From the NCBI RefSeq assembly GCF_006345805.1, contig NC_042999.1:140430001-140494000 (forward strand): 64,000 bases of DNA. Reading direction: 5' to 3'. The stretch is from Octopus sinensis. Its lineage: Eukaryota. This document shows, one piece after another, positions 54,264-64,000 of this stretch (the first letter of the stretch is position 1; every line of letters begins with the position of its first letter). The notes beneath the pieces are model-generated. The model ran no database searches. It saw only the letters and a program-made list of their open reading frames with translations, and was not told the DNA's origin. Position numbers and translations under genes: made by a program.

Positions 54264-56303
54264 CTGTAAACATACGTCAACATTAGTTATCAAGAAGCTG
54301 TTTAACTGGTTTTTTTTTTTTAGCAGGGTGATCAGAGCATTTTCTGTGGATGACATTTCTTCAATGAAAACAGATTTTTATTGTCAATCTATGGGATTGG
54401 ATGTGAATGATTTTGGAAAGGTTTGATTGTGGGATCAATTTGTTTCTTTACATTAAAAAAAAAAACATACCCACCATCTATTTGTATTATCTATTTGGTC
54501 CTGATAGCAAAAACTGAAAACCATTACATTAATGGTATATTTTTAGAGTGTTGAATTCTTAGAATGTTATTTTTCTGCCTGTAAAAAAGATTCTAGTTTC
54601 CTTACTCTAGTTAGTAAACATGGTAATTTTGTTGTACTCAGCCAAACTTGCATAATGTTTACCAGTGACGAAATTATAAACATTGCAATACATAAAACGT
54701 ATAGATTTGTCTTCATATACACATAAATATGGTATATTTTCATAGATTTAAAAATAATTCTGCAGTCTGTTACCAAACCTGTCTATGAATAACACCATCA
54801 TTTAGAAGAACCATCTTTAGCTATGCACTATTGTACAACTTCACTGAATCTTACCAAACTTCATCATGACCTCCCTAATTTTGCTTAATTTCCTTTCTTT
54901 AACAAAACAAATGAAAGAATATATAGTTAACTGGCACTGATTTTTTCCTATAAATCAACCACACCTATACTACACTAAAAGTTTAAGCAAAGTGGATCTG
55001 TTTTCAATTCTTTCTGAATTACAAACTGTTAAAGACTTAAATAATAAATTTGTTGACAAAACTTTAATCAAATAAGGAATACTTATTCTTTTATATATTT
55101 TAAACTAAGGGCAGTTACAGACACGTAAGACATTTGATAAAGAATCAACAGTGAGAACTAGGGATCCCTGTATCTCCACTTAGTTTAAAATATGAAAAAC
55201 AACAATCCTCTGCCACTTGTTAAATGCTTGTTTGGAAATTTCTTATAAAGAAAATACTCAGAAAGAACTAAATAAATTGAACATCTTTTAGTTGACAGAT
55301 AATTGAGATCATCATCATCAGAACTAATCCTGCTGCCATTCTTTTAACATATTTTTAAATTTTGGATGCAATGTTTTACTTAATTTCATGGCCTTCAATA
55401 TAAAAGAAATAATTTTGGCTCCTACTTAACCACTGTCTTCAGAATATGGGTTTCAGGTGACATAAGCAATCTTTGTAAAGAAAACCAGGAAGGAAGAGAG
55501 CTAGAGTTTAAATTGACAAGAAACAAATGTCTCTCCTCTCTAGATAGATACCATCTCCAAAATTTCTGTCACCTTTTCACTAATGGAGGGTGAACAGAAA
55601 CATGTAGGATTGCAATTGCTTTCACCTAGAGAGTGAGAAAGATGGAGAATGTAAAAAAAAAGAAGTGAAAAAAGAGAGAAAGAGACGGAGAATAATAATA
55701 AAAAAGTCCCAGCCTTATTTTAAATACCAGAGTATATGCAATTAATTTAAAGATACTCACTAATCAGTTTACCTAGATATTAAACTGAAACCTATATATT
55801 TTTGAGTCCATAAAAACTAATTATTAGCAATATTTGTAAAGATAAAATCATTCCTTAATGTGTGAAGTTTAAAAAAGATAAATGAGAAAAAGATTAATGG
55901 CAGGTGCTTAAGATCAGTCCAGCCAAAATGCAATGAAAAATTTTTCTTCTTTAGAGTGTTACATGCATTAGTGTTAGCAATTATGATTTAGCAATTGGTA
56001 TGCTCAAATATTTAACAGTGATAAATATATTAATTAAGTACAATGCAATATCAAATCAGGTTTACAATTATAATTATATAAAAATATGAAACAGGTTTTT
56101 GTGTATATTTTTTTCAACAAGATAAAATGGTTATAATTAAATTTCATAATTTTAGAGTGGCATTCAAAACATGTCAATATTAAGAAATTGAAGAATTCAG
56201 TAAAAATCAAATATACACAATGCAACATTCAAAGAATATGACCCAGCCAAAGTTACAGAAAATCAGGTCAATTTACTAGATTATAATGTATGATGTGCTA
56301 AAG

Positions 56304-56354
<51 letters not shown>

Positions 56355-56867
56355 CACACACACATATATATACATGCATGTATCTTTAGTTATATATATG
56401 TATGTAGATATGTATGGATGCATATGCACATGTATGCATGTCTTAGTATTTGTATATGTGTAGGTATATGTATATATCTGTGTATATATGTATACCATCA
56501 AATCTACATCATTAGCATCTTCAATAGTCTTGGATCTTTCTAATAACAATTGTGTGAAGATAAATATATTAGAATATCTTATTCAATCAGAGAGAGAGAG
56601 AGAGATAGGTAGATATATATCATCATCGTCATTTAATGCCTCCTTTCCATACTGGCACAAGTTGGACAGTTTGATAAGGTCCAAAAAGTTGGAGGACCAT
56701 GTTGCTCTCTAATCTGCTTTGGTATGGTTTTTGCAACAGGATGCCCTCCCTAATGGCAACCACTTTATAGGGTGTACACATCCAGTCACCACTTATTCTA
56801 ATGCCAGATTGCAACCTCAGAACTTGCCCACTCTAAGGATTATAATTTTTTAAGGCAGTGGTATATA

Positions 56868-58036
56868 CAGGGTATCCAGGAATTAAGGCAACCAAAATTT
56901 TGGGCTTTAATAGCTATCAATAAATGTAATAAGATATGAAAATTATACATTTTTATAAAAGTTTAGTATGTCTTCTTTTTGTTTCAGACTAAATTAATTC
57001 AGATTTATGTATTAGATAATGGCTACAAACTGAAATACAATCATAACCCTCCACAAAGGAGGTGAAAGTAATATAGCTGTAGCAAAAAAGCTTAAAATTG
57101 ACTGAACAATAGTCTGGAAAATTGTCAAGAAATTCCAAGAGACTGATTCCACTACTGATTGACCTGGATGTAGCCAAAAAGAAGTATGTGGACCTCTCAG
57201 CTTATCAAAAGTATCAGAGAAAAGATATGGTGAAATCTTTATTGTTCCATCAGAAGACTAGCTGCCACAGCAAAAATAAGCAGAACATTGATGTACTGAG
57301 TATTGAAGGAGGATCTCAGGACCCACCTCTACAAGATGATCCATTATCATGAGCTCATGCAAGTTTATAAGGCCATAAGACTGGAGAGAAGTCATCATAT
57401 CCTGCATCAGATTGATGAAGGCACACTGCCCAACCTGGTGTAAATTGATATCAAAATCCACAATCAGTTATGGTTTGGGTAGCTGTGACAGCTACTGGAA
57501 GGTCTCCCCGCATTCTTGGGCCCTTGGGTGTTAAAATTAACACCCAGTGATACATTAGTGACATTTGGAAGCTGAACTGCTTCCATGGGCAAATGAGCAC
57601 TTTTAAGGTGCATATTGGAGCCTCCAATAGAACACAACAGACACAACACTGGATTCAGAAAAAACATTCCATCGTTCATAGGCAAGGATGTTTGGCCTTC
57701 AAGAAGCCTCAATCTCAACCTGTTGGATTTTTCTGTTTGGTCCATTTTGGAGTCAAGGGTCTCAAGCACTACTCATGCTCTGCTCGATGCTCTAAAGGCA
57801 AAACTACATGAAGAATGGGCATTGATTCTGCAAGAACAGCTGTGTACCACATGTGAAACATTCACACCTAGATTTAAGGCTGTGATTCGAAACAGAGGTG
57901 GTCGTATCGAATAAATGTGGTAGTATCATAATTATCTTTCCTTTACTATTGCATTGCAATGCTCAGACCAAAATATACCAAACTTTGCTTCGACAAAATT
58001 GATAGAAGTTGGTTGCCTTAATTTTGGGACACCCTG
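56868..58036 (+). mobile_element. Decayed Tc1/mariner transposon (probably maT/DD37D family) with both TIRs and TA TSD
   Basis: TIRs CAGGGTATCCAGGAATTAAGGCAACC / GGTTGCCTTAATTTTGGGACACCCTG. Transposase remnants SVMVWVAVT and WPSRSLNLNLLDFSVWSILE (SPDLNPLD-type), ending RFKAVIRNRGGRIE*. Confidence 0.85.
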
Positions 58037-59094
58037 TATACAGCCATGATAACAGCTACTGATGGTAATGAAAGATGTTATACAGGACACATGGGGAAAA
58101 TATCTTCATAATCAGATACAACCAACATATATTCATTTAGGTTCCAAGATAGAACGAATTCCATTCTTCTATCTCAATATGTCTGGTTGTTAATGGATAA
58201 GTGAAACCCCAAACAGTCCTATAATCTGGAGTATTATGGATTCACTCAAGTGGCACTTAGATGTAATTATCTGAGAATTTCTATATTTTAACACAACAGC
58301 TTGAATCACTGAATAAGAAATCTTAAATTTATTGTTTTGTTGCCACAGAACATAATACATATTTACAATTCACCCAGACCCAGACAAAGTAACCCTCTTT
58401 GTCATACATCATTTGATTGCAGTTCATTCCCCACTCTCCAGGGAAGTAACTTTCCACCCTACTACAAGGATTATACCTATATCCATAGGACAAGCTACAC
58501 CAGCCACTAGACCATTGTTGACTGATTAAAGTTAGGCTAACCAGTGCTTCCTATTAGCCTACACCAAGTTGTTTTCATTAATTTCCTTGTCACCTGAGAA
58601 GGATCACACAATATAAAATGGTTGCTCCAAGTAAATATCTACTACAAGTACTAAGTACATTTTCTCTTGTTTATATCTCTAAATGTATGTGTGTGTGTAT
58701 AGCATAGGAATGAAAAATATTCACATACGTGTATATGTATAAACTCATATCTGTTTAAACATATTTTGTTTAAAAATTTAATATCTTTTTACAAGTAATC
58801 ACTATCATAAATAATCTGTAATAAATTCATTGCTGTATTATGCCTTCATTTCAGATAATGTCTGGTACTATTGGTAACCACTTTAGGCTGGTTACTAATT
58901 CGTTTAAGAGAAACAGCAATAAAAGAAAGCACAAAAGCAGTTAGTTGTGATGAACTTTTAAAATAAAAAGTCACCATTAAATTATATGAAGGAAATATTA
59001 AAAAATTTTTAGCAATTAAAAAAATAAAGATATAACTATTGAACATATTAAATATTCAGTTATTATAAACATTTTGATTACATAATATACACGC

Positions 59095-59490
59095 GCAGGA
59101 GTGGCTGTGTGGTAAGTAGCTTGTTTACCAACCACATGGTTTGGGGTTCAGTCCCACTGCGTGGCACCTTGGGCAAGTGTCTTCTACTATAGCCTCGGGC
59201 CGACCAAAGCCTTGTGAGTGGATTTGGTAGACGGAAACTGAAAGAAGCCCGTCGTATATATGTATATATATGTATGTGCGTGTATGTTTGTGTGTCTGTG
59301 TTTGTTCCCGTAGCATTGCTTGACAACTGATGCTGGTGTGTTTATGTCCCCGTCACTTAGTGGTTCGGCAAAAGAGACCGATAGAATAAGTGCTGGGCTT
59401 ACAAAGAATAAGTCTCGGGGTCGAGTTGCTCGATTAAAGGCGGTGCACCAGCATGGCTGCAGTCAAAATGACTGAAACAAGTAAAAAAAG
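59095..59490 (+). mobile_element. Near-intact tRNA-derived CORE-type SINE (octopus OR-like)
   Basis: A-box TGGCTGTGTGGT, B-box GGTTCAGTCCC, CORE-like CACCTTGGGCAAGTGTCTT, internal (TA/TG)n, tail ...ACTGAAACAAGTAAAA. Confidence 0.85.
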
Positions 59491-59759
59491 AAAGAGAGAG
59501 AAAACATGCGATATATAACTGATATATCAGAAAGTGTAGGAATAGCCTATAAGGGGAGCATATATGATATATATGCTTCACATTATATATTTTCAAGATG
59601 ACTGTTAGAATGTATCTATATTGCTGCCATTAATTTTTATTAATTTAGTCAGAAAAATGGTGGAGAATTTACTGATTTAATAATGCATTTTCACTAACAA
59701 AGATAATTGCTAAGACTTTGGCTGAGACAATGTAATTGTGCTGCAAGTATAAATATTGC

Positions 59760-59812
<53 letters not shown>

Positions 59813-60062
59813 GTTATTATTTATTAGTTGTTAGTTTGATAAATAAAGATGTGTTTTAATTTTTCATTGATAGTTTTATTGTGAAAAGAAGAGAGTTGTG
59901 TGTGGAAAAAAGAATAATATATAATATATAATCATTGCAAATATTTCATGATATGTCAAATTGACTGTATAGTGATTTGAACCAGAGCCGGATCAAGGAT
60001 AAAGGTTTGCAGAATTTCAAAGTTAAAAAAGAGAAAAGCATTCTTTTTTGTATTGCTGAACA

Positions 60063-60126
60063 TCATAGAGTGGTCTCTGCTGTAGGAATTAGCTTTAAAT
60101 GACCCTTCTCTTTCTTCAATCTGGCT
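60063..60126 (-). CDS. CACNA1C/D-like (Cav1): Candidate alternative terminal exon of Cav1 (short isoform): ...KPSR-ARLKKEKGHLKLIPTAETTL*
   Basis: 105-nt intron (60231-60127) with a long pyrimidine tract ending tctgtttatatcag|. The phase-2 join gives 21 codons ending ETTL-TGA. A second AG 6 nt downstream keeps the same frame. AATAAA on the minus strand at 59880-59875. Confidence 0.65.
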
Positions 60127-60231
60127 CTGATATAAACAGAATATTATAAGAAGAAAAAGAAGAAAAAGTAGATGAAAAATACATGAAAATAAAATGGAAA
60201 TCAAAAGAAAATAAACAAAGGCATCACCTAC

Positions 60232-60563
60232 CTGCTTGGTTTGCTTGTGTGGCTATCTTTGCGTAAAGGCATTATTTCATTAGCAGGTGCCACTTTGACA
60301 GGACCAAGAGGTGTTGCAGATCGATTGATGGAGTTTATCAAGTCAATATTGATATGGTTGCAAGACAATGCAGGTGATACTTTACCATTGATAGAGTTCT
60401 GAGGAGACAGCTTTGACTGGGGGGCATTTAGGGAATTTGTGGGGGAAACTTTAGGGTGAGGTTGGGTATGGTTTAAATGTAAGGATTGAGTTCGATTACT
60501 AAAGGGTATTGGTTTATGGCCAGTTAGAGCTGATACTACCGTACCAAACAAACTATGATTTCT
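60232..60563 (-). CDS. CACNA1C/D-like (Cav1): L-type voltage-gated calcium channel alpha-1 (Cav1), C-terminal tail exon just after the IQ/PCRD region (RNHSLFGTVVSALTG...KPS); upstream exons lie beyond the window
   Basis: Acceptor ttgttttgttttgcag|AGAAAT (phase 0) and donor AGCAG|gtaggt (phase 2); 332 nt open. RNHSLFG matches the invertebrate Cav1 HRRxHxLFG motif (vertebrate RRAGGLFG/RNGALLG). Confidence 0.9.
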
Positions 60564-60711
60564 CTGCAAAACAAAACAAAAATACAATTGAATATGCATT
60601 ATGCTAAACAAATGAGAAGAAAGAGTGTAAATATTTTTGGAGAAAAGGATGAAACTAATAGATTTTATATATTTATACAAGAATATTTTATATGTGTATG
60701 AATAAAGACAG

Positions 60712-61610
60712 CTGTATAGAAAAGTACCTGTCACTGAAAGTGGATGGTACCTGTAGAAAAGGGAGACCCAGGAACACATGGGATGAAGTGGTGAGGACTG
60801 ATCTCAGGATGTTAGGGCTCACAGAGGAAATGACAGTGGATTGAGATGTTTGGCAATATGAGGTTCTTGGGAAGATCTGCCCACATTAGCAAAACTGAGT
60901 GCCAGAAGCATTGTCCCACCCACATGTAACAATAAACTTTTCACACACCCTACTCCAAGAAACTGAACTACATTTCCTCTTCTAAACTGCATCTTTCTCT
61001 TCCTCACATTTCCTCTTCATACACTATAATTGTCTCCCACTTCCCTGCCCTCACTGCCCCGATCACTGTACCACTGCTTTCTCCCACCCCATCTTTATCC
61101 CAGGTTTTTGTCAGTCACTATTTGCACCTTCTTGGCAATACCTGGCTGTGTATATTATGACCTCCATACCTTGAGGGCATACCCTGGCAATTGCCACTAT
61201 TTATCTCTCTAACTTGCTCTACCATCACATCTATGCTCTGAGCCTTGTTACTTGTGAGTATACCTTGGCACTTCACCACCATCTCTCTTGCACTTTTGCT
61301 GTTTCTCACACTCTCTTTCCCTTGATCTTCCCACAGGCTGGGTAGCCATGTATCTCCTCTATAGCAGCACACCTGTTTCTGCCCTCATTCTTGATCACTC
61401 TCTCTTTGTCCTTCTCTTGCATTTCTCTCTAACTAGGTAACCAAGTATCTCCTTTATATCAGCACACCTGTTTCTGTTCTCTTTATTGTAACTCTCTTTC
61501 TCTCACTCTTCCTCTCCCTCTCTTCTCACAGGCTGCATAACCATATACCTCCTTTATAGCAAGACACTTGTTTCTGTCTCTCTATTTTTCAGTCACACTC
61601 TAGTCTTTCA
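60712..61610 (+). mobile_element. RTE LINE 3' ORF end plus 3' UTR containing a triplicated unit of about 100 bp
   Basis: LKVDGTCRKGRPRNTWDEVVRTDLRMLGLTEEM; the UTR is homologous to 27075-27450; three copies of the unit TAGCCATGTATCTCCTCTATAGCAGCACACCTGTTTCTG at about 61340, 61440 and 61535. Confidence 0.75.
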
Positions 61611-61885
61611 TCATCTGACACAAGATCTCAAGTACAGCAATGTGCCATATATCTCTGTCCATTGTCATCTCCTTTGTAAGGTTCAGCGTTTTGAGATTGG
61701 TTTTGAAAACTTTGTCCCTTGTCTTCCTGGGTCTCCCTCTTCCACAATTTCCTTTCAATTTAAGTGAGCGGCACTTCTTTATGCAACTGTCCTCTGATCA
61801 AACCAGTGCAGTCTCGTCTCTTGCACACTGCATGTAATTCTTCTTGTGCTTAACTTCTCCCTCAATGCATCAATGCTCTGTTGCA
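61611..61885 (-). mobile_element. RTE LINE 3' ORF fragment, tail-to-tail with the previous copy
   Basis: ETRLHWF...KCRSLKLKGNCGRGRPRKTRDKVFKTNLKTLNLTKEMTMDRDIWHIAVLE. Confidence 0.8.
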
Positions 61886-63399
61886 CTTGATAGATAGAGA
61901 TGTTGGTGTTGAGGTATCAGAGCATATTGTCAAAGCACAAGAAGTTGAGTATGGCAGTGCATGAACTGAAGATAATGTGTGTGTGGTAAAGTTTAAGTGC
62001 ATGAGAGTAACAGGTGGTTATGAATTGGGGTAGAGGTTAATGTAGTGACTGATGTAAAAGGGTATAAAGTGTGGTTATTGGTAACTATCAGTATGAGGGG
62101 AAGTGAAAGAAATAAGAGTGGTTCAGGAAGGAGGAGGTAATAGGTGGAAATACAGGAAGGAGGTGGATAGTAGCAGTATAATAAACCTGTAGATAGATCA
62201 GCAAATATGAAGGTAGAGATGTACAGGGACAGAGAAATAAGTCAGAGATATGTAGCGGTGATTATAAAGAATGTGGAACAAAGGTAGGGTGAGAAAGATA
62301 TGAGGGTGATAGCAGATATGAGAGGGTGTTAGAGATGAAGTATTGCAGCCCTAAGACAAAAATGAAGATATACCTGATGACACAAAAAGGAGTGAGCAGT
62401 AGAAAATAAAGTGGGAAGGGATGATATTAAGAATGAGGGATGGATGTTAAGGGAAGTGGTTTCATGGGAAGGAGGAGGTAATAGCAGAACAGGAAAGAAA
62501 TATGTGCAGATTCAACTAACTGAATAGTGTCATTGTTAGAGGAGTGATGAGTGTCAGGAAGATGAGAGGTAGGGTAAGTTTGACAGTAATGGATGAGGAG
62601 TTGGTGAGGACTTGGTGAGTGTATAGACATAAACCTAATGCTTTTAGGACCTCACTATTGCCATGATGATGATAATGATTGAGCACTGTAAAACAGCAAT
62701 CATCTTGGTCTTTTGTCATCACTATGAGGATAAACATCTTGAGATTGGTTTCACTTCCTAGTCCCATATGTGTGAGTGTGTTATAATATTTCACTCTACA
62801 TTCTTGATTTAGAGTAGCTGTATATGCAAATATGCTCCTTACATCAATATATTCCTCATTTGTTATATTATTCAGTTCAAAAGGATAAAAAAAAAACCCG
62901 TTGTTTCCTTCTTTATATTTTGTACCACAAACATCTTAAATCTTGTAAGCCACTTATCTTCATTGGTGATGTTAGTATCCTTCTTTTTAGGCTCTTTCTT
63001 TCTAACTACATCTAACTACATGTAAGATTCAGCCATTCAGTACATACACACACACACAGATTTTTTATAATTCTGTTTTTGTTTCTCTGTAATAGAATAA
63101 AAGTAGATTGGGATCTTTTCCTTTTGATGGACGGAATTTTCTAGTTAACTAAACAATTTGAAACTTCGTATACTGGTAGAATGTGTCAAAAGAAAACAAT
63201 ATTGTAAATAAAATTGTAATTTGTAAGTTTAACGTAGTTTAATTCTTCGAATTTTAACCAATGAAATGCCAGCATTTGAGCTCAAATCATTTGCTGCGTT
63301 ATCGATATTGATAAACAAACATAGCAGACGCACGCCGCACACACACACACACACACACATATATTCAGACGACTGGCCTCCGTGCTGTGGGCACAACAA

Positions 63400-64000
63400 A
63401 CACCATCTGATCGTGGCCGTTCGCCAGCCTCACCTGGCACCTGTGTCGGTGGCACATAAAAACACCATCCAAAGACCCGGCGACGTAGTCAGTCCACCTG
63501 TGCATACCTTCCCTCTTATGACACTTGTGAAGACCTGTTGAGGCAGAGGCAAGTGTGTGACACTTGTGAAGACCTGTTGAGGCAGAGGCAAGTGTGTGAC
63601 ACTTGTGGAGACCTGTTGAGGCAAGTGTGTGACACGCGTGACACTTGTGAAGACCTGTTGAGGCAAGTGAAAATCAAACCAAATCAAAATAGATGAACAT
63701 CAATGGAATTTGTATCTTTGTGGTTCCAGTACCGGTGGCACACAAGAAAACCATCCGATCGTGGCCGTTCGCCAGCCACATCTGGCACCTGTGTCGGTGG
63801 CACATAAAGACACCATCCGAAGACCCGGCGACGTAGACAGTCCACCTGTGCATACCTTCCTTCTTGTGACACTTGTGAAGACCTGTTGAGGCAAGTGACA
63901 CTTGTGAAGACCTGTTGAGGCAAGTGAAAATCAAATCAAATCAAAACAAATCAAAATAGATGAACATAAATGGAATTTGTATCTTTGTGGTACCAGTGCC
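63400..64000 (+). repeat. Higher-order tandem array: monomers of about 348 bp with internal 28-40 bp subrepeats, RTE-3'-end related; runs off the window
   Basis: Monomers start at about 63402 and 63750; the subunit GACACTTGTGAAGACCTGTTGAGGCAAGT occurs 4 times and 2 times; CpG-rich. Confidence 0.85.

Noticed and set aside
63530-63930. Repeated CTGTTGAG-GCAAGT-GAAA resembling a minimal hammerhead in tandem monomers (retrozyme-like)
   Set aside because: Core A6 is U, stem II cannot close properly, there is no stem III/NUH, and the motif is explained by the RTE ORF terminus. Not CRISPR either: no unique spacers, and the sequence is eukaryotic.

Overview
AT-rich, microsatellite- and transposon-dense animal genomic DNA. 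The SINE, RTE and MITE families look like those of a coleoid cephalopod (Octopus-like); this is an inference from repeat motifs. The only host gene I can support is the 3' part of an L-type voltage-gated calcium channel alpha-1 subunit (Cav1, CACNA1C/D-like) on the minus strand. Six GT-AG exons with mutually consistent phases (60563-60232, 54263-53961, 48435-48255, 45664-45559, 29148-28979, 26198-25887; 1404 nt, 468 codons) encode the cytoplasmic C-terminal tail. Motifs: RNHSLFG, PLKLAQRQ|AMAVAG, and the distal regulatory domain GSAESLVEK|VLEEEGL...MSQEELDRAAHDL. The last exon of the long isoform is unresolved. Main observations: (1) a candidate alternative terminal exon 105 nt after the first exon, which truncates the channel and ends in a class I PDZ ligand (ETTL*); (2) a type I hammerhead ribozyme in a Penelope-like element, with an inverted copy that starts exactly at the predicted cleavage site; (3) an RTE LINE 3' fragment carrying three tandem C2H2 zinc fingers; (4) long near-perfect intronic hairpins flanking the Cav1 exons. 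Almost all ORFs in the supplied track are artefacts of microsatellites.
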